Translations under genes and position numbers: made by a program
Assembly (NCBI GenBank): GCA_965262815.1
Contig: OZ253560.1
Location: 2,868,582-2,932,581 of the forward strand
Source: a bacterium
Lineage (GTDB): Bacteria; JAAXHH01
Direction of reading: 5' to 3'
Length of the DNA stretch: 64,000 nucleotides
Notes under the pieces: generated by a model
What the model saw: the letters and a program-made list of their open reading frames with translations, nothing else
Told to the model about the DNA's origin: nothing
Databases searched by the model: none
Part shown: piece after piece, positions 8,879 to 17,571 of the stretch
Position numbering within the stretch: position 1 is the stretch's first letter
Layout: each line of letters begins with the position of its first letter

Positions 8879-9697
8879 ATGGACGTGGATGTCCTGTCGA
8901 CCGTAGTGCAACTCGTCGCCGGCGCGTTGATCGGTGCCTGCATAGGCATGACCGGCATTGGCGGCGGTGTACTCATCCTGCCCGTTCTTACCCTGTGGTT
9001 CGGCCTGCCTTCCACGGTGGCGGTGGGCACCGCCCATCTCTATTCCTTCCTGTGTAAGATTCCCGCCGTATTCTTCCATTTCAGACAAGGCACCATCCGG
9101 TTCCGTACGTCGGCGTACTTTCTCGCGGGGGCCGTGCCGGCGACCGTGGCCGTGGCACTCTGGATTACCGGATATGCCGGCGCCATCGACCAGGAAGACC
9201 CGGCCTGGCGTGAACTCCAGGCAAACCTTCGCAGGTTCATCGCGGCGGTCGTTATTCTTTCGGGCCTGCTGATCCTGTGGCACATGTTCATGAGGCCGGG
9301 GTCCCGGGCAGCGGCGGGTAAAGGCGTTACCCTCACGGGCGCCAAGGTGGCCCTCGCGGCGCTTCTCGGCGCCGCAATCGGTGGGCTGATCGCGGCCACC
9401 TCGGTGGGAAGCGGCATACTGATCGTACCGCTGATGATCATCATTTTCGGCCTCACCGCCGTGGATACGGTAGGCTCATCGATCTTCATCGCGCTGGTGC
9501 TTACCTTCACGAGTTCGATCATATACGCAGGCAGCAGCCAGTTGGATCTCGCGATATCGGTCACCATGGCGGCAGGATCGCTGGTGGGTGTGCCCGTCGG
9601 GGTTCGCATGTCGCGGAAGGTCCCGGAGCGAAACCTGCAGATCACCATTACGGGACTCGTGCTGGCGGCGGGTGCGGCCATGCTGGCCGGGGGATAG
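8879..9697 (+). CDS. TSUP family sulfite/anion exporter (TauE/SafE)
   Basis: Two repeated 4-TM halves, each with GxGGG (GMTGIGGGVLILP and ATSVGSGILIVPLMI). ATG at 8879 preferred over TTG at 8858. Confidence 0.75.
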   Translation: MDVDVLSTVVQLVAGALIGACIGMTGIGGGVLILPVLTLWFGLPSTVAVGTAHLYSFLCKIPAVFFHFRQGTIRFRTSAYFLAGAVPATVAVALWITGYAGAIDQEDPAWRELQANLRRFIAAVVILSGLLILWHMFMRPGSRAAAGKGVTLTGAKVALAALLGAAIGGLIAATSVGSGILIVPLMIIIFGLTAVDTVGSSIFIALVLTFTSSIIYAGSSQLDLAISVTMAAGSLVGVPVGVRMSRKVPERNLQITITGLVLAAGAAMLAGG

Positions 9698-9700
9698 GGA

Positions 9701-10495
9701 TCAGGGTGCCGCGAACACGTCGTTCAGCAGACCGCTGAGCCGGATGCCGGCCTGCAGCAATCGCAAATTGACGCCATCGATGTGCTTGAAGATGTAGGCA
9801 TAGCCCAGGTAAGGCGTTTTGGCGGAACGGGTACTGCCGTAATCGTATACGGCAGGCAGCATGCTCCGCGACTCCCGAGCCCAGTCCCACACCGTCGAGC
9901 GCCGCCATGCATCGATCTCGCCGGGTTCCGCATGGCCGAAGAACCGGACGAATTCCATGAAGCTCAACCGCTGGTGCTCGACGAGGTGTTCGTCCCAGAC
10001 CGTGTGGAGGTTGGTGCTTTCGCCGAACCAGCGGACCCTGATGTCGTTGCCGCCGCGGTCACTGCCGTATCCCGCGTGGAGCGGCTGGTGGATGTCGCCC
10101 ACCAGGTGCACCAGGAATTTCAGCGCGTCCACCCTTTCTTTACGTCCCGCCCCGGGGTCCCGTAAGACGCCTTCGAACCGTTGAATGGCCTCGATCACGT
10201 CTCCGCGACGGTTCCTTGGCGCCGCTGTCAGAGTCTGGCCGGGCGCTACGTTGATGTAGTGCCAGGGCGAAGCATGGCGCCAGGTCGGATCGGACTTGAT
10301 CTCATCGGCCCAGGTGCTGATCTGCGCCAGCGACGCGCGGCCGACGAGCTCAGCCACTCCTTTGCGGGCCGCGTCCGTCAGGTGTTTTTCGGCGATCTGG
10401 CCCACGACGCGGTGGCCGTTCGGACCCCACGCCATTGCAGGTGACGACCAGAGTATCAGTAGGAACACGGCGATCAGGATTTTTCCGGCGCGCAT
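9701..10495 (-). CDS. S1/P1 family nuclease (secreted Zn-dependent endonuclease)
   Basis: Signal peptide, then AWGPNGHRVVGQIA... (WGxxGH hallmark), HLVGDIHQPLHAG and HTVWDEHL zinc ligands. GGAGAG RBS lies before the ATG at 10495. Confidence 0.8.
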   Translation of the reverse strand: MRAGKILIAVFLLILWSSPAMAWGPNGHRVVGQIAEKHLTDAARKGVAELVGRASLAQISTWADEIKSDPTWRHASPWHYINVAPGQTLTAAPRNRRGDVIEAIQRFEGVLRDPGAGRKERVDALKFLVHLVGDIHQPLHAGYGSDRGGNDIRVRWFGESTNLHTVWDEHLVEHQRLSFMEFVRFFGHAEPGEIDAWRRSTVWDWARESRSMLPAVYDYGSTRSAKTPYLGYAYIFKHIDGVNLRLLQAGIRLSGLLNDVFAAP

Positions 10496-10516
10496 ATACA
10501 GCTCTCCAGGTTTCAT

Positions 10517-11989
10517 TCAGGGTACATAGGATGTGTCCGGATCCACGGGCGGCGGCGGCCAGTGCAATCCACGTTGGCCGGACAGACCCCGGTTGGCCGG
10601 CGGCATATATTCCAGGTCCGGCAGTCCGGTCAGCCCCCCGTTTTTCAGCCAGTGCCCGTCCCGGTCGCGCACCTGTTCCACCAGTCGCTCAGTCAGTCGG
10701 CCCATGGTCGAGGCATGTCGCTCCGATCCCGATAAGTCCCGGCGTTCTTCCGGATCCTCTTCCAGGTCGAACAACTGCGACCGGTTGCCGGCCGGATAGT
10801 AGATCAGCTTGTATCGGCCGTCGTGCATCATGCGCGTGGCCTGGGCGTTTTCGCCGCACTCGCCGTACAGGTGTTCCCGTTTCCCGCCGCCCACCATGGA
10901 GATGCCGTCGACCGTACCCGGGACGTCGATCCCCGCAAGGTCCAGCAGTGTGGGCATCACGTCCTGCCAGCCCACGAGCCGGTTGTCGGTGCGGTTGTGG
11001 CCAACGCGGTTGTCACCAGCCCGCCCGACGAGTATCATGGGCACGTTGGCCGACTGCTCGTAGTACAGCCGCTTCGCCCACAGACCGTGGACGCCCAGCA
11101 TGTCCCCGTGGTCGGCCGTAAACAGCACGACCGTGTTGTCGATCAGGCCTTCCTCCCGCAGTGTGCCGATCACCACGCGCAACTGGTGATCGATATGGGT
11201 GCACAAGGCGTAGAAAGCACGCCTCGCCCAGGCGATCTGGCTGTCGTTCATTTCGCCGACTCTTCCGCGGACCGCCTTCAGCGCATAAGGCAGGCTGTCC
11301 GGGTCCTCGGCCCAGTCGCCGAGATACGGCTCGCCGGGGTCCTCGTCGCGATACAGGTCAAGGTAGCACTGGAGCGGGGTCAGCGGAGGGTGGGGATGGC
11401 AATAGGAAAGGTACCAGAATCCCGGACGCGTGGGATCCCGCCGCCGGATCATCCGGGCCATCTGGCGCGTGGTCCAGTTGGTCACGTGCATTGCCTCGGG
11501 CAGGTGCCAGGGACGCTGTGCGTAATCGTTGTTGCTCATGCCGTGGGTGAACCCTTCGCCGGCAAAGCCGTTCTCGCCGAGAAACGTCTCGTAGTCGTCC
11601 ACGGCGCCCAGGTGCGGGCGGCCCTCTTCAGCGAGGATCACGTCGTCGAACCCTATCCGATCCCGTTGCGGATATACGTGCAGCTTTCCCACCGCGTAGG
11701 CCTGGTAGCCACTGTCCCTGAAGGACTGTGCCATGGTGGGAACCGACGGCATGGGGTTGTCGACCATGAACACCCTGTCGCCGTGGGTGGCCGTGGTCGT
11801 GCCGGTCATCAGCGTCCTGCGCGCGGGTATGCACACCGGGCATTCGCTGTAGGCCCGGTTATAGCGAACGCCGCTGCGGGCGAGCGTGTCCAGCGTCGGT
11901 GTCTGGATCACCGGGTGTCCCGCATGGCCGAACAGCGTACCGGGCCAGTGATCGGTGCAGACTAGGAGGACGTGTGGACGGGACGGCAT
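10517..11989 (-). CDS. Formylglycine-dependent sulfatase (arylsulfatase family), no signal peptide
   Basis: LLVCTDHWPG...YSECPVCIPARRTLMTG is the CxPxR FGly motif, followed by the sulfatase alkaline-phosphatase-like core. Start set at MPSRPHVLLV (GGGGGA RBS) rather than the ORF-track 12304. Confidence 0.8.
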   Translation of the reverse strand: MPSRPHVLLVCTDHWPGTLFGHAGHPVIQTPTLDTLARSGVRYNRAYSECPVCIPARRTLMTGTTTATHGDRVFMVDNPMPSVPTMAQSFRDSGYQAYAVGKLHVYPQRDRIGFDDVILAEEGRPHLGAVDDYETFLGENGFAGEGFTHGMSNNDYAQRPWHLPEAMHVTNWTTRQMARMIRRRDPTRPGFWYLSYCHPHPPLTPLQCYLDLYRDEDPGEPYLGDWAEDPDSLPYALKAVRGRVGEMNDSQIAWARRAFYALCTHIDHQLRVVIGTLREEGLIDNTVVLFTADHGDMLGVHGLWAKRLYYEQSANVPMILVGRAGDNRVGHNRTDNRLVGWQDVMPTLLDLAGIDVPGTVDGISMVGGGKREHLYGECGENAQATRMMHDGRYKLIYYPAGNRSQLFDLEEDPEERRDLSGSERHASTMGRLTERLVEQVRDRDGHWLKNGGLTGLPDLEYMPPANRGLSGQRGLHWPPPPVDPDTSYVP

Positions 11990-12127
11990 GTTTCCCCCGG
12001 GTAACGGTAACGCGTTCATCAGTGCATATGCATTCACGTGAAGAGCGTGGTTAGGAACCTTCCCAATATACAGTTCACAATTTCTGGTGTCCACGACTAC
12101 CGTTGCAGCTCGATCATGGTTTTGTCG

Positions 12128-12156
12128 TTGACAAACTTCCCATACATCTGTATATT
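12128..12156 (+). promoter_or_regulatory. Putative arsR promoter (-35 TTGACA 12128-12133; -10 TATATT 12151-12156) with overlapping ATACATCTGTAT palindrome (12142-12153), candidate ArsR operator
   Basis: Perfect 5-2-5 inverted repeat ATACA-TC-TGTAT overlaps the -10. ArsR/SmtB repressors classically bind imperfect palindromes overlapping their own promoter. Confidence 0.4.
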
Positions 12157-12203
12157 CGATTATAAGGATATATGAACCATCTCCTGACAACGGAGAACCC
12201 GAT

Positions 12204-12632
12204 ATGGAAAAGGACCTGGACGTTTTCAAGGCTTGTTCGGACGCCACGCGCCTGCGCATCCTGTTCCTGCTTACCGAGCGGGAACTTTGCGTGTGCGAAA
12301 TCATGGCGGTCCTGGACCTGCCTCAGGGCAAGGTCTCCCGGCACCTGGCCGTTATGAAACAATACGGGTTGCTGACGGATCACCGCGACGGTGTATGGAT
12401 CTACTACGCGCTGGCCAAAGATTCCTCGATCGCCCTGAGACACGTGATGGTGTACCTGTACTCGGCGCGTCAGGTACACGACCGGGTGCGGGCGGACCTG
12501 GACCGATTGCTTGGACTGGCCAGCCAGGGCAAGATCTGCGTGCCCCAACCGTCCATGGCCCAGCTCCAGATCGATGACGACGATGCGCCTGCGGAATCCG
12601 GGATACCGGTGGAAGCGACGGGAGGAAAGTGA
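12204..12632 (+). CDS. arsR: ArsR/SmtB family metalloregulatory transcriptional repressor
   Basis: Winged HTH. The ELCVCEI motif carries the As(III)-binding Cys pair. GGAGA RBS. Confidence 0.85.
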   Translation: MEKDLDVFKACSDATRLRILFLLTERELCVCEIMAVLDLPQGKVSRHLAVMKQYGLLTDHRDGVWIYYALAKDSSIALRHVMVYLYSARQVHDRVRADLDRLLGLASQGKICVPQPSMAQLQIDDDDAPAESGIPVEATGGK

Positions 12633-13276
12633 ATCTGCCTGATGCTGATACGGCCTTCTATCCAGGGCTTGAACAATACCTGAAGGCATGCGCGGCGGAA
12701 TCCACCATGATCCCGGTGGAACGACGGCAAGCATTGGAGCGTGTTTCCACCTATATAAAGGGTATATTGACCAAGAGGAATCCAGCCAGGTTGACGTTTA
12801 TCTGCACGCACAATTCTCGCAGGAGCCAGATGGCCCAGATCTGGGCGCATACTGCGGCGCGATACTTCGGCGTCACCGGCGTATCTACCTTCTCCAGAGG
12901 CACGGAATCTACGTCGTTCAACCCGAGAGCGGTCGCGGCACTGTCGCGTGCGGGCTTCCAAGTGGACCAAACCACAACAGGTAAAAACCCGGTATACCAT
13001 GTACAAGCCGGAGATGAACTTGACCCGGTGTGCGCGTTCTCCAAGACGTTTCTCGATCCTTCGAACCCACAGCGCGGGTTTTGCGCGGTCATGACCTGTT
13101 CGAGTGCGGACCGGGACTGCCCCGTCATAACCGACGCCGACGAACGGGTGCTCATAGCCTACGAGGACCCGAAACGCTACGACGGCACGGACCGGGAGAC
13201 CGCCCGGTACGACGCGTGCTGCAGGCAAATATGCCGGGAAATGTGCTGGGTGTTCGCGGCGACGGTATCAGCATAA
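12629..13276 (+). CDS. arsC: Arsenate reductase, LMW-PTP family (thioredoxin-coupled ArsC) with N-terminal extension
   Basis: CTHNSRRS is the CX5R P-loop. Downstream Cys are present. ATGA overlap with the arsR stop. Confidence 0.8.
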   Translation: MNLPDADTAFYPGLEQYLKACAAESTMIPVERRQALERVSTYIKGILTKRNPARLTFICTHNSRRSQMAQIWAHTAARYFGVTGVSTFSRGTESTSFNPRAVAALSRAGFQVDQTTTGKNPVYHVQAGDELDPVCAFSKTFLDPSNPQRGFCAVMTCSSADRDCPVITDADERVLIAYEDPKRYDGTDRETARYDACCRQICREMCWVFAATVSA

Positions 13277-13295
13277 TTAAAAGTAACTTCAGGCA

Positions 13296-13325
13296 CCTGC
13301 GAAAGCCTGCGAAAGCCTGCGAAAG
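13296..13325. repeat. Perfect 3x10-bp tandem repeat (CCTGCGAAAG)3 in the arsC-acr3 spacer
   Basis: Seen directly: cctgcgaaag cctgcgaaag cctgcgaaag, immediately abutting the acr3 GTG start. Confidence 0.6.
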
Positions 13326-14383
13326 TGAGCCTAGAGACCATGGATTCAACGTCAAAACGACTTTCGGCCCGCGACCGGTTCCTGACCCTGTGGATCTTCC
13401 TGGCCATGGGCCTGGGGGTAGCGCTGGGCGTCTGGGCGCCGGGTATCCCCGAGCTGATCCAGCTCGGCCAGGTGGGCACGACCAATATGCCCATCGCAAT
13501 CGGGCTCATCCTGATGATGTATCCACCGCTGGCGAAGGTGAAGTACGAAGAACTGGGCGACGTGTTCCGCAATTTCCGGATACTCGGCACGTCCCTTTTC
13601 CTGAACTGGGTCATCGGGCCGCTCCTGATGTTCGGCCTCGCCGTGCTCTTTTTGTCCGGCTACCCCGAATACATGACGGGACTGATCCTGATCGGCCTGG
13701 CACGGTGTATCGCCATGGTCATCGTGTGGAACGAACTGGCAAAGGGGAACACCGAGTACGCCGCCGGACTCGTGGCCTTCAACAGCCTGTTCCAGGTGTT
13801 CTTCTTCAGCGTCTACGCCTATGTCTTCATCACGGTGCTTCCTCCCCTGTTCGGGCTGGAGGGCAGCGTCGTACCGATCACGATCGGGCAGATCACGGAG
13901 AGCGTATTCATCTACCTCGGTATTCCCTTCATCGGCGGCATGACAACCCGCCTCGTGCTGATTCGATACAAGGAACGGGAGTGGTACGATTCCGTCTTCA
14001 TACCACGGATCAGTCCCGTTACCCTGGTCGCCCTGCTTTTCACCATCCTGGTCATGTTCAGCCTGAAGGGCGACACGATCGTTGCCATACCACTGGACGT
14101 GGTCCGAATCGCCATTCCGTTGCTGATCTATTTCGTGCTCATGTTCCTGATCACCTTCTGGATCGGCCGGAAGATCGGAGCAGACTATTCCAAAAGCGCA
14201 ACGCTTTCCTTCACCGCCGCGAGCAACAACTTCGAACTGGCCATCGCGGTGGCCGTGGCGGTCTTCGGCATCGAATCCGGCGTGGCCTTCGCGGCGGTCA
14301 TCGGTCCCCTCGTCGAAGTGCCGGTCATGATCGCGCTGGTCAACGTGGCCCTGCGATTTCAAAACATGTATTTCCGGCCATGA
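13325..14383 (+). CDS. acr3: ACR3 family arsenite efflux transporter
   Basis: 10-TM BART-superfamily transporter, [13 protein letters not shown] and ...[15 protein letters not shown] motifs. Start GTG 13325 or ATG 13340. Confidence 0.9.
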   Translation: MSLETMDSTSKRLSARDRFLTLWIFLAMGLGVALGVWAPGIPELIQLGQVGTTNMPIAIGLILMMYPPLAKVKYEELGDVFRNFRILGTSLFLNWVIGPLLMFGLAVLFLSGYPEYMTGLILIGLARCIAMVIVWNELAKGNTEYAAGLVAFNSLFQVFFFSVYAYVFITVLPPLFGLEGSVVPITIGQITESVFIYLGIPFIGGMTTRLVLIRYKEREWYDSVFIPRISPVTLVALLFTILVMFSLKGDTIVAIPLDVVRIAIPLLIYFVLMFLITFWIGRKIGADYSKSATLSFTAASNNFELAIAVAVAVFGIESGVAFAAVIGPLVEVPVMIALVNVALRFQNMYFRP

Positions 14384-14475
14384 ACTTTAACATTGCCCCC
14401 ATCCGTCCCGCTGACGTATAATCTCGCCCTGCCTGTTCCTACCGCTGCCTACCCCCCCGCAAAAGGCTGGCCAGG

Positions 14476-15360
14476 GTGAGCTACATCGATGAAAACCAGC
14501 CGTTGACGACGAGACCTTTCCTGCTCGTACTGATGTTGTGCACGCTCTGGGGTGGCCTGGTCGTATCGGTCAAGGTGGGCCTGGAGGGGATCCCGCCGAT
14601 CCTTCTCGCGGTAATGCGTTTCGGTGTCGCCCTGGTGTGCGTCTATACCTGGACGCGTCTGGCAGGGGTCTCCCTGTACGTCCAACGGGGCGACCGTCTG
14701 ATCATCATCGTTCCCGCGCTCGTCATGGCCGCGCAGATACTGTTCCTCAACATCGGCGCCGAACGAACCTCCGGAAGCCACGCTGTCCTGTTCATGCAGA
14801 CCTACCCGTTCGTCGTTGCCGCCATCGCCCACTACATCATTCCGGGTGACCGCCTGACGCTGATCAAGCTCGTAGGCCTGGTCCTGGCCGGCGCCGGCAT
14901 GTTGCTGACCATTTACGACGAGGCAGGCGGGCCGTCGACGCCACTGGGCGACGTGCTCGTCCTGTTCAGTTCCATATCCCTGGCCATCCAGATCATGATC
15001 AACAAGGTCCTGGTCAGACGGATCTCCCCCGTCGCGCTGATATTCTGGCAACAGGTGGTCGTGCTGCCCGTTTTTACCGTCCTGTGGATGTCGACCGAAT
15101 GGCAGCTGCCCGTCTCGATTGACCTTAAGATCGTGGCGGCGATCCTGTACCAGGGCGCCATCGTGGCCGGATTCTGTTTTATGGTTTGGATACGCTTGCT
15201 GCAACGGCACAGCGCCACCCAGATCAGCGCTTTTTTCTTTACGACACCGCTGTTCGGCGTCATACTGAGCTGGCTGATTCTTGGAGACCAGGTAACGACG
15301 TATCTCACCGGCGGCCTGGTGCTGTTGGCGGCCGGACTATGGGTGGTCAACCGGTATTGA
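14476..15360 (+). CDS. EamA/DMT superfamily transporter
   Basis: 294 aa, 10 TM, two EamA repeats. Confidence 0.75.
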   Translation: MSYIDENQPLTTRPFLLVLMLCTLWGGLVVSVKVGLEGIPPILLAVMRFGVALVCVYTWTRLAGVSLYVQRGDRLIIIVPALVMAAQILFLNIGAERTSGSHAVLFMQTYPFVVAAIAHYIIPGDRLTLIKLVGLVLAGAGMLLTIYDEAGGPSTPLGDVLVLFSSISLAIQIMINKVLVRRISPVALIFWQQVVVLPVFTVLWMSTEWQLPVSIDLKIVAAILYQGAIVAGFCFMVWIRLLQRHSATQISAFFFTTPLFGVILSWLILGDQVTTYLTGGLVLLAAGLWVVNRY

Positions 15361-15396
15361 CAATCATTTTTTAATGACGAGGAAGGAGATACTGCG

Positions 15397-16236
15397 ATGA
15401 TCATCGACTGCCATTCGCATGCTTGGGATTACTGGCCCTACGAACCGGTGCCGCCCGATCCGGAGAACCGGGGCCGGGCGGAGATGCTGTTGCACGAAAT
15501 GGATATGGTGGGGGTGGACAAGGCAGTGCTGGTCTGCGCCCGGATCGATCACAATCCCGGCAACAACGATTACGGGGCCGAATGCGTCCGGCGGTACCCG
15601 GATCGATTCATTCAATTCGCCGACGTGGATTGCGGCTGGACTGAAACCTACCATAAACCGGGTGGCGTAGACAGGCTGGCGGAGGCCGTCGGAAAGTACC
15701 GTTTGAAGGGCTTTACCCATTACCTCAGGGACGATATGGACTGGTTCGAATCCAGTGAGGGTCTCGCTTTCTTCGAGAAGGCGGCCGAACTCAACCAGAT
15801 CGCGTCGCTGGCCCTGGGTCCGGCCTGGATGCCCGCGCTGAGAAAACTGGCGCGGCGGTTCCCTTCCGTCCCCTTTCTCTGCCATCACATGGCCAGCTTG
15901 AGTGTGGGCGAACCGCCGCCCCGCCCGATGCTGCGCGAAGTCCTCGAATCGGCGGACGTTCCCAATATCCACCTCAAGCTTTCCGGGTTCCAATACACAT
16001 CGGAAGTCGCGTGGGAATACCCCTATTCGGACAGCCTCTGGATCGTCCGCAAACTCTACGAATCCTATGGACCGGAACGTCTTTGCTGGGCGTCCAACTA
16101 TCCTCCCGTTGCCCTTGCGAGCACCTATCGGCAATCGCTGGAAGCCGTCCGTACCCACTGTACCTTCATCGCCGATCAGGACATGGATCTCATCCTGGGC
16201 GGCAACATGGAGCGGCTACTGGCGGGCGCCGGCTGA
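15397..16236 (+). CDS. Amidohydrolase-2 family metal-dependent hydrolase (TIM barrel)
   Basis: MIIDCHSHAW starts with the HxH metal motif. GGAAGGAG RBS. Confidence 0.75.
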   Translation: MIIDCHSHAWDYWPYEPVPPDPENRGRAEMLLHEMDMVGVDKAVLVCARIDHNPGNNDYGAECVRRYPDRFIQFADVDCGWTETYHKPGGVDRLAEAVGKYRLKGFTHYLRDDMDWFESSEGLAFFEKAAELNQIASLALGPAWMPALRKLARRFPSVPFLCHHMASLSVGEPPPRPMLREVLESADVPNIHLKLSGFQYTSEVAWEYPYSDSLWIVRKLYESYGPERLCWASNYPPVALASTYRQSLEAVRTHCTFIADQDMDLILGGNMERLLAGAG

Positions 16237-16452
16237 ATCCGTGCGGCCCAAATCCCCGGCAATACAGTGAGCTTCCCGAATCCTTCTTGTCGTCAGCGGA
16301 CGGCCACATTCAGGTAACTTTTCCCCCTGCTCCAACGTCTAACGAACAGGTAAGCGGGAACTTTGCCATGAATAACGGGCTTTAAATATTGTATACTCAA
16401 CGATAGACGTGGTCGTTGGCCAGACTCACCCGGCATGTTGCTTGGAGTAAAA

Positions 16453-17553
16453 ATGGGGCGTTTGAAAGATCTTCACCTGGGAAAACAAGTTTACTTTTCC
16501 GTCTTCACTGCGATCCTCGCGGCATTCATCCTGACGGGATGCGGAGACGCCAGTTCCGACACTGCTGACAAGACGAAAATCGGCGAGGACGGCAAGGCGG
16601 AAGCCGACTCGACCGCACCGCCTCCGGTGCCCGTGAACGTGATACCCGCTTCCCTGGGCACCATTTCCGACCTCATACTGACGACCGCTACCGTGGAAGC
16701 GGACCGCGACGCGCAGATCTTCCCCCGAACCACGGGCATGATCGAGGAAATGCGGGTCGAGGAAGGCGCCTACGTGAACCAGGGCGATGTGCTTGCCGTA
16801 CTGGAAAACGACGAAGAAGAAGTGTCCCTGGCCAGGGCGGAAGCCATCAGGGAAGCCCGGAAGCAGGAGTATGACCGTTCCATGGCCCTGCTGAATGCCC
16901 AGCTCATCAGCGAGGTGGACCACGAGGGCAAGGAACGGGAGTTCATTATGGCCAAGGCGGACTGGGAATCAGCCAAGGTCGCCTTCGACAAAACGACCAT
17001 CCGGGCGCCCTTCGGCGGCACCATCACGGATCGCCACCAGAACGTCGGCAACATGGCGAGACCGGGTGATGCCCTCTTCACCATGGTCGACCTGAATACA
17101 CTGCTCATCTACTCTCATTTGCCCGAAATGGAATGGTCCCACGTGGCCGTGGGCCAGCAGGTCATCCTGGAGACCGAAACGCTGCCGGACGGCAAGTTCG
17201 ACGGCACGATACTCCGCGTCAGCCCCATCATAAACCCGCAGAACGGCACCTTCAAGGTTACGGTAAAGATTGACGACCCAGGCTGGCGGTTGAAACCCGG
17301 CATGTTCGTCCGGGTCAAGATCCTCGTCGACCAGCACAAGGATGTGTTGCTGATCCCCAAAATCGCCCTGCTGGAAGACAACGAAGTCTTTACCGTGAAA
17401 GACAGCGTGGCGACCCGCGTCGCGCTCACCCTGGGACTGCAGGACGCCGATTTCACCGAGATACGAGAAGGTCTCAATCCGGGAGACCTGATTGTTATCG
17501 CCGGTCACCGAAGCATGAAAGACAGTACCCGGGTCAAGATCGTATCTCCCTGA
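16453..17553 (+). CDS. Efflux RND transporter periplasmic adaptor (membrane fusion protein), lipoprotein
   Basis: FILTGCGDASS is a lipobox. HlyD-like coiled-coil and beta-barrel domains. Start at the second ATG (GGAG RBS). Confidence 0.85.
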   Translation: MGRLKDLHLGKQVYFSVFTAILAAFILTGCGDASSDTADKTKIGEDGKAEADSTAPPPVPVNVIPASLGTISDLILTTATVEADRDAQIFPRTTGMIEEMRVEEGAYVNQGDVLAVLENDEEEVSLARAEAIREARKQEYDRSMALLNAQLISEVDHEGKEREFIMAKADWESAKVAFDKTTIRAPFGGTITDRHQNVGNMARPGDALFTMVDLNTLLIYSHLPEMEWSHVAVGQQVILETETLPDGKFDGTILRVSPIINPQNGTFKVTVKIDDPGWRLKPGMFVRVKILVDQHKDVLLIPKIALLEDNEVFTVKDSVATRVALTLGLQDADFTEIREGLNPGDLIVIAGHRSMKDSTRVKIVSP

Positions 17554-17571
17554 CGCGCGGGAATCCATTCC

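Noticed and set aside
13296-13325. Short tandem repeats considered as a possible CRISPR or minisatellite array
   Set aside because: Only 3 units of 10 bp with no spacers. This is not a CRISPR, and no cas genes are present. The 40005-40076 repeat is protein-coding.
13352-14362. 336-aa minus-strand ORF, H/D/E/Q-rich, opposite acr3
   Set aside because: Antisense to a clear ACR3 transporter; composition artefact.
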